Made by a program: the position numbers and the translations under genes. A stretch of DNA of 64,000 bases from Alphaproteobacteria bacterium (GTDB taxonomy: Bacteria > Pseudomonadota > Alphaproteobacteria > UBA828), in the NCBI GenBank assembly GCA_965214705.1, contig OZ243972.1, forward strand, positions 576,001 through 640,000, read 5' to 3'. Shown in pieces: positions 49,301-58,860 of this stretch. The stretch's first letter is position 1, and the number at the start of each line of letters is the position of its first letter. The notes under the pieces are model-generated. The model was not told the DNA's origin, searched no databases, and saw only the letters and a list, made by a program, of their open reading frames with translations.

Positions 49301-50568
49301 TCCTCCGTATCCATGTCCCGGTAGTTGACGCGGGCGAGGCTGTTGCCGGAACGGAAGAACGCGAGGGTGCGGACGGCTTTGAGAAGATGATTGTTGGCGA
49401 TGGCGGCACCGTCGAGGTCGGGACATTCGCCGTCTCGGAACAGGCCACCGAGTGGCGGCAGCCCCAGTCCAGGAGCGCCCTGGGCTAGCGCGCCAAAGGT
49501 GATCTGAAGCCCTTGCCAGAGGTCGCGGTTCTCGTCGTAATGGCGGCGGCGCAGCGCGCGCTCGCGCAGCCGCGAGAGCGCGTAGCCGTTCACGAACACT
49601 GCTCTTTGTTCGTCCGCGGCGTCCGGCGCGTGAAGCAGGTTGCGCTCCTCGGCGGTGAAGAGAAAGAGCAGGCGATAGATGAGCCGAAGGAGCTGCTGGA
49701 AGTAGAGCTCCGATGAAAGCGCGCCGGTTTCGAGCGCTTCGCGCAGCTCGGTGTTCGCCGGATGGCGAAGGAACCCGTTTCCGATTTGACGCAGCGCGTC
49801 GGTGACGCCGTCACGGAGATTCTCCCGAATGCGTTCACCGGTCTCCTGCGCCTTGGCCCGCCAGGACTCGATGATGCAGCTCGACGGCTTGTCGTCGAGG
49901 GGCCGGAGGCGGCTTGAATGGGCGGTGAGCCAGAGGGCGGCGAAGTCGGGGTAGAGCTCTTCCGCGAAGACGAGGTCAAGGTCGGCCTCGATGTAGGACG
50001 GCCGGGTCAAGCTCGGATTGTCGCGCAGGATCCGGAGCTTGGAACCGTTGGAGATCATGCCCCACAGCGCAGCGTCCTCGGCATTGAGGTACTCCTGCAT
50101 CATGCCCTGTGGCGCCTGCCGTCGGCCGTCGTGACCGAGACGCGGATCGGCCCTGTCGAGGTCAAAATCGTGCGTGACGAGCAGCAGCGGCACGGCGCCT
50201 TCGCAGGCGCGGTGTGTCAGCCGGAACACGCGGCCTTCCAGCACGACGCTGTCGGCCGCTATAAGATCGTCGTAGCCGAGGAGCGAACGCAGGAAGGGGA
50301 CGAGCCATTCTTCGACGTCGACCTGGGGCGCGGTGAGATCCCGGCGGGGACGGCGCTCTGAATAGCGTCCGTAGAGATCGTTGGCGATGCGCCAGTAGCG
50401 GGCAAGCTCCTCCTTGATTGCAAGCGATTTCGAGAGGCCGTAGTCGGCGCCGGTCTGACGGGAGGCTTCCAGCGCGGCGACAGCGTGCAGGAATTCCGAG
50501 GGGAGGATGCCCCCTTCAATCTTCAGGGCCGTGAAGCCGCGGCTAGCTCGGACGTTCGCCATGGTCAC
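46318..50568 (-). CDS. Large N6-adenine DNA methyltransferase (Eco57I/DrmMI-like) with internal SSR and triplicated TRD segment
   Basis: SNG..LR.LRD, GSYYTP, DPACGSGHF, GNPPWE, PLYEAK; overlaps the SNF2 gene stop. Confidence 0.9.
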   Translation of the reverse strand: MTMANVRASRGFTALKIEGGILPSEFLHAVAALEASRQTGADYGLSKSLAIKEELARYWRIANDLYGRYSERRPRRDLTAPQVDVEEWLVPFLRSLLGYDDLIAADSVVLEGRVFRLTHRACEGAVPLLLVTHDFDLDRADPRLGHDGRRQAPQGMMQEYLNAEDAALWGMISNGSKLRILRDNPSLTRPSYIEADLDLVFAEELYPDFAALWLTAHSSRLRPLDDKPSSCIIESWRAKAQETGERIRENLRDGVTDALRQIGNGFLRHPANTELREALETGALSSELYFQQLLRLIYRLLFLFTAEERNLLHAPDAADEQRAVFVNGYALSRLRERALRRRHYDENRDLWQGLQITFGALAQGAPGLGLPPLGGLFRDGECPDLDGAAIANNHLLKAVRTLAFFRSGNSLARVNYRDMDTEELGSVYESLLELRPVIDVDASPWTFAFTGEGNGERAKGSERKLTGSYYTPPSLVSELIKSTLDPVIADAVKARPEDPRAAILDLKVVDPACGSGHFLLAAARRLAAEIARIESGADTSDESTRQHALREVVQHCIYGVDRNPLAVELCKTALWMETVEPGKPLTFLDPHILQGDSLVGILDPEIMANGVTPDAYKPLTGDDKAVCRDLKRNNRHRGQRGLFDQDAVMEVAISSLDLDAMPEETLEEVERKRATWHAVLRDETRAREAMRADLFVGTYFAPKTRDSLDIVPLSEDIDRLDRNVPRRPGVENLVRDLSHTYRFHHWHLAFAEIMQDGGFDAILGNPPWERIKLQEQEFFASRSPEIAAAPNKAARDRLIQQLNRDDALPAERALYQEFEAAKREAEATTQFARTAGRYPLTGVGDLNTYAVFAETFLQLVKPQGRAGLIVPTGIATDHSTRAFFEHTVTQSRLVSLYDFENREKVFPGIDSRIKFCLLALSGKGNPVPEAEFAFFLHQAEQLKEPERRFTLSAEDFSLFNPNTRTCPIFRTRRDMDIARKMYRRAGVFWKETTGSQPEKNPWGVSFQRMFDMSNDSGLFKTRQEMEEEGWELDNNVFVRGDERYLPLYEAKLFHQYDHRFATFDGVSDRDIRNGNARPMTADEKSDPSAVATPRYWVPEEEVAERLDISGNTTQLLSRAEPSRAELYSTLLRNWLATHSSGYRPSDRPTDWGRSHDSDCSSGQYSGSDYSWILVFRKVTNATNERTSIATFLRAAAVSDGGPLVRTEIARWFHAFRDITNATNERTLVTANAPKSGLGNSAPTIEYAFGRSISSALILANLNSLPLDWAARFSVGGVHMNFFILKQLPLLPPNAYLRESSTGHPYVQLIVPRVLELTYTSEEIRSFANDLGFDGPPFSWNDDRRHGLRCELDAIFAQMYGITRSDLEWILDAQAPSSSFPSLKQNEMRAFGEYRTQRYVLEAFELLEHGRIPKLHS
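46820..47169 (-). repeat. Three divergent tandem copies of a 37-40 codon TRD segment
   Basis: Copy 1 (shifted frame) LRDIVRATDQRTGVVAMIPIAAVGNTA; copy 2 WILVFRKVTNATNERTSIATFLRAAAVSDGG; copy 3 WFHAFRDITNATNERTLVTANAPKSGLGNSA; unit starts at 47169, 47058 and 46938. Confidence 0.8.
47193..47221. repeat. Pentanucleotide simple sequence repeat (GCTCG)5 + GCTC inside the MTase
   Basis: Directly visible; encodes SRAEPSRAE just before the TRD copies. Confidence 0.92.
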
Positions 50569-53423
50569 AGGGATGCCATGGGCATGAAGACGTACACGCC
50601 GATTTTGTCGACGGGTAGTGCCGGAACGACGTCGTAGCGCAGCCCCCTGGCGTCGCTCGCCTCGCGGACGCGGCGATGGTCTGCGAGCAACCCGCGGGCC
50701 TGCTCATGGGCAACGCGTGCGAATGCGTCTTCCATCCCCGGCAACGCGTCGAGGGCCTGCCGTACGAGGTGGACCTTCTGGCCGTCCGCCATGTTTCGTC
50801 CGGGCTCCAGCGTGAGAAGCGACAACGCGTCGTCCTCGGTCATTATTTCGGGACTGGCGCCGCCCCGGACCGCAACGCCCAGACACTCCTCGGCGAGAAG
50901 TGACCTGAGCGGCGAGAAGCGGCCGTCCGGCCCGCGCCGCTCTATCTGGAGTTGGCAGCGCAGGCGCAGGAGATAGAGCACGGTGCGGGTGTCGACCGCG
51001 CGCGTGAACATCGCCCCCGCGCGGGCGCCGATTTTCGGATTGGTAGCGTCGAGCGCCTTCTCGGCGACATAGTCCGCCAGCACTGCCACAAGCGGATGCG
51101 CACGGTGGATATAGTCCGCACCGGCCGGGGCGGGCTGGGCGAAAGCGATCTTCGCCGATGCATCGAATCCGATGGCGTCGAGACGATCCTGAAGGGGCTT
51201 CGGGAAATGAACGACCGGCATCCGGCAATAGCCGTCCCGTCGGTCAATAGCAGCGCCCAGGCGCTCTGCGGACAGACGCACGAAGCGGTCGACATCGCTG
51301 GGACCGCCCAACACCGATACGGCTTTGCGCCATTCGGGAAGCACGTCGTCCGGGGTCAGGCGGCGCTGGGCGAAGACCGTGCGCGTCATCCGGTTGCTGG
51401 CCGTGCGCCATGCGTCGTCCACTTCGGTCTCGGTCTCGGCGAATTCGAAGGCCATTTGGTCGGCCCGGGAATGTCTGCCGCGGTGAAGCAGGACGGCCTT
51501 CATGATGGCGTCGATCACCTTGTTGTTGTCCGCGGGCAAGGGCACGGCGACGCCGAGTTCCTTGCGGATCTTTTCGGCCTTGCGAAGGATCACGCGGAGG
51601 ACGGCGCCGTCGACGGGATTGTTCTCGCCGTAGAGCATGAGCGCGCGAACGGTGCGGGAAGCTTGGCCGAAACGGTCGGCTCTGCCCTCGCGCTGTTCGT
51701 GGCGGGTCGGATTCCAAGTGAGGTCGTAGTGGACCACGGCGTTGAAGTGGTTCTGGAGGTTGACACCTTCGGACAGGCAGTCAGTGGCAACCAGGACGGG
51801 CGTAATCTTCTCATCGAGTTCACCGAGCGCCTCGACCCGCTCTTCGCGTTGATCGGAAGTGAGCTCCCCGGTGACCACGGCGACATGGGCATTTCCGGCA
51901 CCCAACGCCTGCTTCAGTTCGTGGCCAACATAGTGCGCGGTGGCGATGTAGCGGCAGAAGACGACGGGCCGGAAACCGTCGAGCACGAGCCGGCCGACCT
52001 CGTCGATCAGCGCCGTGAGCTTGGGATCGTTCCTCGGACCGCGCAACGAATCCGCCCGGTCGATGAGCTGGCGCAGGGCCTTGGCATCCTCGGCCTCGAC
52101 GGTGCCGGCGGGAACGCTCTCGGTGAGGGCGAGTGAGTCGTCGGCCGTCTCGTCCATCACGGTTTCGCCTGCCTTCCGGTCCAGGTGTTCGACCTGCGCA
52201 TCCTCCGTGTCGCCCTCGGTTGCCTGGAGACGGGTTCGAAGCGCGAGCGACGCGGCGGCCGGGCTTGAGGAAGCGCAGCGCAGCAGCGCGAGCGCGGCCC
52301 ACCAAGACATTCGTTGCTGAAGCCTGGTCCCTTCCGAAGTGCGGTCGACCATGGTTCTTGCGTAGTCGAGGACGTCGTCGAACAGGCCGCCCCATTCGCC
52401 GGTCAGGCGGTAGGTCGCTTCCCGGCTTTCGCGGACCGGAAAGCCTGCCTCGTCCTTCCACTCGGCGATGTCGCCGCGTCGGCGCTGCACGAAATGCAGC
52501 GCGAGTTCTTCGCGCAAGCGGCGGCGCATCTCGCCTTCGGGTGCGTCGGCCAACGCCATGAATTTCGTTTCCAGCAAGCCAAGCAGGTTGTGAAAGGCGG
52601 TGTCATCGCCCGAATGCGGTGTCGCGGTGAGGAACACCATGTGCCGGCGCGGCTCGCTGCCCGCGAGGCCTTTGAGAAGCTGGTAGCGCTGGTGTCGGGT
52701 ATCCGTGTTCGATCGCACGCAGGCGTGCGCCTCGTCGACGATGACGAACTCCGGGCAGGCGCGAAGGAAATCGCTGCGGCGCCGATCCGACTTGATGTAG
52801 TCGAGGGAGACGACCGTATAGGGATGCACCTCGAACACTGACTCATCCGGGCGAAGACCCCGCTCCAGGCGGGTGGCGGTGCCGGTGCGCACGACCTCGG
52901 CGTCGATGGCGAACTTCTCCGAGAGTTCCCGTTGCCACTGTTCGCACAGGTGGGGCGGGCAGATGACGGAAAGGCGCTCGATCTCGCCCCGGTCGAGCAG
53001 TTCCCGCGCGATCAGGCCTGCCTCAATGGTCTTGCCGATACCGACGTCGTCGGCGACGAGCAACCGGATGGTGTCGAGCTTCAGGGCCATGAGCAAGGGA
53101 ACGAACTGATAGGCGCGCGGTTCGACATTAAGATTGCCGAAGCTGCGGAAAGGTCCCGCGCCGGCACGCAACTTGAGGCGAAGCGCGTCGCGCAACAGCA
53201 GCGCTGCCTGCTGGGAGCCTGGCGCGTCGGGATTGGGAAGATCGAACGTCGCGGGCACCGGCGCCTCGGGTTCGAGCGGAAGGTAGATGAGCGTCGCATC
53301 GTCTTCCGCGCCGCCGAGCGGACGAAGCTTGAGGAGATCGTCGCGCGGCTCGGGGAGGACCACCCACTCGCGGTGCCTCGCCCTGACTAGGTCTCCCGGC
53401 ATGAAGGTGATCGCCGCGTCCAT
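50565..53423 (-). CDS. SNF2-family helicase (DrmD-like)
   Basis: PRAYQ, LVADDVGIGKT, IVDEAH, LTATPH, SEGVNLQ, WNP.RHEQREGRADRFGQ; GGAGG RBS before ATG 53423. Confidence 0.9.
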   Translation of the reverse strand: MDAAITFMPGDLVRARHREWVVLPEPRDDLLKLRPLGGAEDDATLIYLPLEPEAPVPATFDLPNPDAPGSQQAALLLRDALRLKLRAGAGPFRSFGNLNVEPRAYQFVPLLMALKLDTIRLLVADDVGIGKTIEAGLIARELLDRGEIERLSVICPPHLCEQWQRELSEKFAIDAEVVRTGTATRLERGLRPDESVFEVHPYTVVSLDYIKSDRRRSDFLRACPEFVIVDEAHACVRSNTDTRHQRYQLLKGLAGSEPRRHMVFLTATPHSGDDTAFHNLLGLLETKFMALADAPEGEMRRRLREELALHFVQRRRGDIAEWKDEAGFPVRESREATYRLTGEWGGLFDDVLDYARTMVDRTSEGTRLQQRMSWWAALALLRCASSSPAAASLALRTRLQATEGDTEDAQVEHLDRKAGETVMDETADDSLALTESVPAGTVEAEDAKALRQLIDRADSLRGPRNDPKLTALIDEVGRLVLDGFRPVVFCRYIATAHYVGHELKQALGAGNAHVAVVTGELTSDQREERVEALGELDEKITPVLVATDCLSEGVNLQNHFNAVVHYDLTWNPTRHEQREGRADRFGQASRTVRALMLYGENNPVDGAVLRVILRKAEKIRKELGVAVPLPADNNKVIDAIMKAVLLHRGRHSRADQMAFEFAETETEVDDAWRTASNRMTRTVFAQRRLTPDDVLPEWRKAVSVLGGPSDVDRFVRLSAERLGAAIDRRDGYCRMPVVHFPKPLQDRLDAIGFDASAKIAFAQPAPAGADYIHRAHPLVAVLADYVAEKALDATNPKIGARAGAMFTRAVDTRTVLYLLRLRCQLQIERRGPDGRFSPLRSLLAEECLGVAVRGGASPEIMTEDDALSLLTLEPGRNMADGQKVHLVRQALDALPGMEDAFARVAHEQARGLLADHRRVREASDARGLRYDVVPALPVDKIGVYVFMPMASL

Positions 53424-53440
53424 TTCCTGTCCTCCAGATC

Positions 53441-56400
53441 TCATTTCGGGGCCGACGACGCGCCCGGCCCGAAAACCCAAGCGTACTCGTCAACAACGCG
53501 GGCCCACGATGTCCGATCCTCGTCGAAGCGCACGACCGTGAGTCCGGCGTCGTGGAGGCGTCGGGTTACCTCGGCGTCGAGGGTCTGTTGGCGATCGCCT
53601 CGATGGTGAGGGCCGTCGATATAGACCAGGGTCTGATCAGCGGTGTAGGCGAAATCGGGCCGAGTATCGAATTCCTCCAGGTAGGGCTGCGCCCGGTCGG
53701 GGAGGCGGTAACCGTTGTCCTTGATGTAGCGCAGCCAAGCCTTCTCCAGAGCGGAGCCGGCGACGTTGTTCAGTTCCTCGAAGTCGTCGCCGGCGCTTGC
53801 GGAATGGCCGAGGCTCCTTCGCTCGCCGCGGGTCAGCCGGCATAGCAGATCGAGCATGGCTTCGTCGCGCCGGTCGATCATCGGATGGTCGGGCTGATTG
53901 TAGTAGCTCAGCAGGCAGCGGTAGCAACCAGCCTCGCAATCACTATCGCGGTTGTCGAGGTCATCCCATCCGGTCCAGCGTCCGGAGCGCGATGTGTAGT
54001 GGCAGACTTCGAGCGCCTTGCGGGCGATCCGGCCAAGCGCGCCGGGATCGCTGGCGAGACGCGTAAGAACGCCCGCGCCGCCTTCGGCGGACTCGTAGAA
54101 CAGGATGGTGGTGCGGTTATCGCGGTCGGGCAGCGGCTCGGCGGCAAGCTCCGCTTCCTCAAGTTGAAACTCTTGCTCGATGCCACGCTTGATGGCGTAT
54201 TGCAGGGAGACCATGGCCGTCTCGCTGAGATCGACCGTCGGACGAAGCACGAGGACGTTGCGGGTATCTTCGACGAAGGGGGTGATGCGCTGGACGCTTT
54301 TTCCGTCCCGCACGGCGTCGTCTTCCGCGTCGGTGGGCGCCTGCGAGTCTTTGGTCCATTCGCCGGTGTTGGCATCCACGCTGAAGCCGTAGACGGATTT
54401 CTCCTCGCGACGGCGCCAGCCGAGATTGATGCGCCAGAGCGTCGAGGCCGGGCCGTAGCGCAATTCCAGCAGGGTCTGGCCGCTTTCCTCGACGGCGAAA
54501 CTCTCGACGCGGGCGCGGCCGTTCTCTTCGCTGTAGCGAAGCGTGGTAACCATTTCGTAACCTTGGCGCTGGCGTTCTTCCTCGTCCGAAGTGATTCGGT
54601 TCACCCGCTGGGTCGACACCTGTTCGATGCGGTAGAGATTGAGAATCGCTCTCCCGCCATCCAGACGCGCGTCGCAACTGACGCAGCGTTCATAGTCCTT
54701 CTGATCGCCGAAGTGGCCGTAGCCGCAGGCGGGACAGATGCGCGCGGCCTGAACCGGGAGCCTGGCCGACGCGGTCACGCCGGCTTCGTCGCGAATGGAC
54801 AGGATGGCGCGGCGCACGCGGTAGGTGCTTCCCTCGTGATAGATGATGGACTGGGGGCCGAACTCGGTGAGGCCGAGAAAGCGGGGCCGGCTCAGGAACG
54901 AGTCGCGGGCCACCTTCTCGCGGCGGCCCGGAACGAAGGCCATCAGCGGCAGGCGCGGGAAGTTGTAGCCTGGCAGGAACCCTTCGGCGGCTAGATAGCG
55001 ATAGGTGTAGAAGTCGGAATTCATCGTCGGCCTGCTGTGCAGAAGCAGGTTTTGCTGGGTGTACGCTTCGTCGTACCGTGCCTTGGCTTCGCGGCGCTCC
55101 TGTTCGGTCGAGGCGGCGTTGTTGACGACATCGTTGGCGAACTTCATCTGGTTCGCCGTCGCGCGAAACAGCGAACGCCAGCGGCCGAACGCGTCGTCGA
55201 AGCGACGATCGGCGGAATTCATCGCGTTGGCCAACCATGTGTCGGTGTACCAGGGGGCGGCTTGCCGCGAGAGATCCGGCGTGAGTGTTGAAAGAATGCG
55301 CTGCGCGCGGACGCTCGCATCGCTGACCGCCCGGGGGGATCGGATCTGCTCGGCGATCTGGTCGTGCAGGGGCAGCGTGTCAGGCTTTTCCCGGTCGAGC
55401 ACGTCACGCACGGAGGAGCCGAGCATGATGCCGGTTTCCGCGAGCCAGACGGCCTGAAGGTGGCTGCGGATCAGGTCCTCGTTCGCGAGATCGATGTTCG
55501 GGGGATTGACGGCGCCAGCCACCATGCGCGTCGGGTCGGCGAAGAAGTATTGGTCATGCGGCGACTTCGCGGCGCAGTAGGTGACGACCAGCGCAGGCTG
55601 GCCGCTGCGCCCGGCCCGCCCGCTGCGTTGGGCGTAATTCGCGGGCGTGGGCGGCACGTTGCGCATGTAGACTGCGTTCAGCGTCGAGATGTCGACGCCG
55701 AGTTCCATGGTCGGTGAGCAGAACAGTATGGGCAGCCCGGCGGGTTCGAGACCCTTGCGGAAACGGAGCTCACGCTCCTCACGGGCATCGGTGTCGACCT
55801 GGGCGGTATGTTCGCGCGCCTCGAGCTGGTGGAGAAGGCGGTCGTCGCTGTTGAGGAGCACGGCCACGTTCTCGTAGAGGTTGCGGAAAAACACATTGGC
55901 CGCGCCCAGGTCCGCCGTGGCCTCTCCGGCGAGGCGCCATTCAAGCACCGAACCGTCGATGCGGTAGCCGGTGCGATCGCCGTCGAGGTCCTGTGGCTCG
56001 ACATAGCCGTAGGTGGCAAGCACGCTCAGGAGGTCGTCGATGACGGTGTTGTAGACGTCCTCGTCGAACTTGGGCGGATAGCAGGGATTACCCTGCCCCC
56101 AAAATGACTGGGACTTCACCTTGCGGCCGAAAGCTGATCGGTGAGACATATGAAGAATGCGAAAATCCCGCCGGGGTCCGCGGCCGCCGGGTCTGGGCAC
56201 CATGAAGGCATGAGAGAACAGGCGCTCTTCCTCCGATAGTCCCCACGGCTCCTTCAACTGGTTGAAGCTTCGGTTGCGTATCTGTTCTTGAAAGTTCGGA
56301 TCGAGGTAAATGGTCTTGATGCACAGCGCTCTTCGCATGCGCTCAAGAAGGTCACTTACTAATTCGAAGCGGCGCGTGGGCTCGATGGAGCCGAGCAGCG

Positions 56401-58669
56401 GATGCCGTGCGCGCCATTCCTCTTCATCTTCGCAGCAATCCATGAGGCCTCGGTAGCCGATGTCCAGCAACTCCAGCTGCTCAAGATTGGGGTTGGTGAT
56501 GCGCCAGCCGCGCTGCAAATCGAAGTAGAGCCGGTAGCCGAGTACGTCGCGAAGCGTCTTGATCGTGTTCTGGGCCTTGATGCCCTTGGCCTCGGCATTG
56601 GCTGAGTAGTCCCACGCGTCTAGGTGCAGGCGGGCGAGCACGGCCTGGGTCAGAACGTCGTCGGTGAGCAATCCGCCGGGCTCGGCCCGAATGGCAGAAA
56701 GGAGCGCGCCCCGCAGCAGCAGAATCTGTATGAAGTCGTTGAAGTGGCCGGCCTGGAGGCTTGCGTCCTGACGGTTGTCGGTGAACGCGAGTAGCTTCTT
56801 GGTCTGCTCGTCGAGGTCTGCGCCAATGAGATGCTTCAGCGAGGAGAGCGCCAGCACCGTCGTGGCGGAGCTCCGGCCCTCGCTAGAGAGCCCCGAGAGC
56901 TTGGTCATGTCGCTCCGAACGCTGCCGTCGTAGTAGGCGTCGCAATCCGGATGCAAGCAGAAGCGGAAGGGTCCCGGGATGAACCAGGCGGGCAGGCCGT
57001 CCACAGACACGGCACCTCGCGTATCGACCCGGACACCGAAGGGCCGGTAGCGGCGGAAATGGGACTTGAGCCGGGTCTCGTCGCCGCGGAATTCCAGCCA
57101 GTCCTCCGGGTACTGGTTCTCGGTGTCCGTAGGATCGAACAGTCCGAAAGGGTCCGGCATGAGATAGCCGAACTGGACGTCCTCGTCGTCGTTGGATCGT
57201 TCGGACAGGTCGCGGGGTTCGAAGGCGTGCGGCTGCTTGCCGACATGCTTCGCCCAGACCGGCAGGTATTCCTGGCCGCAGGCGCGGCAGAAGGCGAGGG
57301 AGAAAAGAGAACGGTCGCGGTCTCCGGGTTTGAATTGCTGCCCGTGCAGGGTGAGATACCGCTCGTCCGGCGCTTCAAGCGTCGTGTAGGCGTTCCAGGC
57401 GCCGCTGATGAACTGGTGCAGCCGGAAGGCGAAGAAGCTCTGGCCTCGCTCATTCCGGCTTCGGTGGGCGGTCAGGAGAAAGTTCGCTAAATAGTCGCGG
57501 CAATGCTGCGCGTCGAGTCCGCTGTCGACGGAAAGACGATCCGAAGCCTGGAGAACGGTCAGCGGACGCGAAATTCGCACGAGCTTGCCGCCTTGCTCTT
57601 CGAGCCCGAGATTGCGCTCCACCCAGGTCGCGGCCGGGTGGGCCGCGAGCGCTTGATGTGTCGGATTCGCGGGAACGCCCCGCTCGATGGAGGCGCGCAG
57701 ATCGGAGCTGCTCAGGCTCGCGTCGTGGTCGGTGACCGGCCGTAAAGTTTCCGAAACGACATTGCCGGGATCGACAGTTGCACCGAACAGGCGGCTTGCG
57801 ATGGCCGCAACGGCGGCGTTCCGGTCGTCGGGCGAGCCTTCGGAGGCCATCGTCGCCGAGGTGCCGATACAGAGAAGGCGCTCGTTGAACCTCTCCCGGA
57901 CGCGTCGGACGAGCATGGCGACATCGGCCCCCTGCCGCCCGCGATAGGTGTGCAACTCGTCGAGAACCAGGAACCGGAGTCCCTTGGCGTGTTCGCGGAT
58001 CGCCTTGTCAGTCTCGTGGAACCGCGTCATGACCAGCTCGAGCATGACGTAGTTGGTCAGCAGAATGTCAGGAGGGTTCTTTGCGATCCGCTCGCGTTCA
58101 TCCTGCGATTCCTGCCCGGTGTATCGGGCGAACGTGACCGGCTCGCCGCCTTCGCCGTAACCGAGCCGCAGATACTTCTCCAGTTCCTCGCGCTGGCTGT
58201 TGCAGAGCGCGTTCATCGGATACACGACGATGGCGGTGATGCCCTTGCAGGCGTCGCCGGCACGCTTTCGCCGCAATACGTTGTCGACGATCGGGATGAA
58301 GTAGGCGAGCGATTTGCCGGAGCCGGTGCCTGTGGTCAGGACGTAGCTTTCGACCCGTCTAGCGATTTCGATGGCCTCAGTCTGGTGCCGGTGGAGCAGG
58401 AGTCGCTCGCCGAATGTGTTGTACCCACGCTTCAGCCGGAACACCTTCGCGCACTCAGCATCGAGCGTGCCGTCAGCGACCAGGTCGTCGATATATCCGC
58501 CGGGCTCGAAGTTCGGATTGAGCTGGATAAGCGGGGCGGGCCAGAAGTGGCCCTCGGCGTAGGCCGCATCGACTTCGCGGGAGATGTCCTCGGAGCGGAT
58601 CCTGGCGAAGCTTCGGGAGAAACGCCCGTACTCGGCGACGAGTTCCTCCCGGAAGGCGAATACGTCCAT
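53441..58669 (-). CDS. YprA-type DEAD/DEAH helicase with DUF1998 and C-terminal Vsr/DUF559-like nuclease domain
   Basis: HQ, TGTGSGKS, YPMNAL, LDELHTY.G.QG, SAT, TMELGVDI, YAQRSGRAGR, GGAG, C..GCY.CL; C-terminal RPDFAY..VYIDGPHH. Confidence 0.9.
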   Translation of the reverse strand: MDVFAFREELVAEYGRFSRSFARIRSEDISREVDAAYAEGHFWPAPLIQLNPNFEPGGYIDDLVADGTLDAECAKVFRLKRGYNTFGERLLLHRHQTEAIEIARRVESYVLTTGTGSGKSLAYFIPIVDNVLRRKRAGDACKGITAIVVYPMNALCNSQREELEKYLRLGYGEGGEPVTFARYTGQESQDERERIAKNPPDILLTNYVMLELVMTRFHETDKAIREHAKGLRFLVLDELHTYRGRQGADVAMLVRRVRERFNERLLCIGTSATMASEGSPDDRNAAVAAIASRLFGATVDPGNVVSETLRPVTDHDASLSSSDLRASIERGVPANPTHQALAAHPAATWVERNLGLEEQGGKLVRISRPLTVLQASDRLSVDSGLDAQHCRDYLANFLLTAHRSRNERGQSFFAFRLHQFISGAWNAYTTLEAPDERYLTLHGQQFKPGDRDRSLFSLAFCRACGQEYLPVWAKHVGKQPHAFEPRDLSERSNDDEDVQFGYLMPDPFGLFDPTDTENQYPEDWLEFRGDETRLKSHFRRYRPFGVRVDTRGAVSVDGLPAWFIPGPFRFCLHPDCDAYYDGSVRSDMTKLSGLSSEGRSSATTVLALSSLKHLIGADLDEQTKKLLAFTDNRQDASLQAGHFNDFIQILLLRGALLSAIRAEPGGLLTDDVLTQAVLARLHLDAWDYSANAEAKGIKAQNTIKTLRDVLGYRLYFDLQRGWRITNPNLEQLELLDIGYRGLMDCCEDEEEWRARHPLLGSIEPTRRFELVSDLLERMRRALCIKTIYLDPNFQEQIRNRSFNQLKEPWGLSEEERLFSHAFMVPRPGGRGPRRDFRILHMSHRSAFGRKVKSQSFWGQGNPCYPPKFDEDVYNTVIDDLLSVLATYGYVEPQDLDGDRTGYRIDGSVLEWRLAGEATADLGAANVFFRNLYENVAVLLNSDDRLLHQLEAREHTAQVDTDAREERELRFRKGLEPAGLPILFCSPTMELGVDISTLNAVYMRNVPPTPANYAQRSGRAGRSGQPALVVTYCAAKSPHDQYFFADPTRMVAGAVNPPNIDLANEDLIRSHLQAVWLAETGIMLGSSVRDVLDREKPDTLPLHDQIAEQIRSPRAVSDASVRAQRILSTLTPDLSRQAAPWYTDTWLANAMNSADRRFDDAFGRWRSLFRATANQMKFANDVVNNAASTEQERREAKARYDEAYTQQNLLLHSRPTMNSDFYTYRYLAAEGFLPGYNFPRLPLMAFVPGRREKVARDSFLSRPRFLGLTEFGPQSIIYHEGSTYRVRRAILSIRDEAGVTASARLPVQAARICPACGYGHFGDQKDYERCVSCDARLDGGRAILNLYRIEQVSTQRVNRITSDEEERQRQGYEMVTTLRYSEENGRARVESFAVEESGQTLLELRYGPASTLWRINLGWRRREEKSVYGFSVDANTGEWTKDSQAPTDAEDDAVRDGKSVQRITPFVEDTRNVLVLRPTVDLSETAMVSLQYAIKRGIEQEFQLEEAELAAEPLPDRDNRTTILFYESAEGGAGVLTRLASDPGALGRIARKALEVCHYTSRSGRWTGWDDLDNRDSDCEAGCYRCLLSYYNQPDHPMIDRRDEAMLDLLCRLTRGERRSLGHSASAGDDFEELNNVAGSALEKAWLRYIKDNGYRLPDRAQPYLEEFDTRPDFAYTADQTLVYIDGPHHRGDRQQTLDAEVTRRLHDAGLTVVRFDEDRTSWARVVDEYAWVFGPGASSAPK

Positions 58670-58860
58670 CAGCGGCTCCTCGACCCCGCGTCGTTGGCGC
58701 GCGCCTCGATCGCGGCGCACCGCTCCATCAGCGCATCGCACGCTCCGGCGTCATCAAGCAGCATGCCATCGGCCAACATCCGTGCATAGTCATCGGCGAG
58801 TACGGCAAGCGCGGCGCCGGCGGGCACGAGTTGCAGGTCGCCGGATACCGCTGCTTCGTA

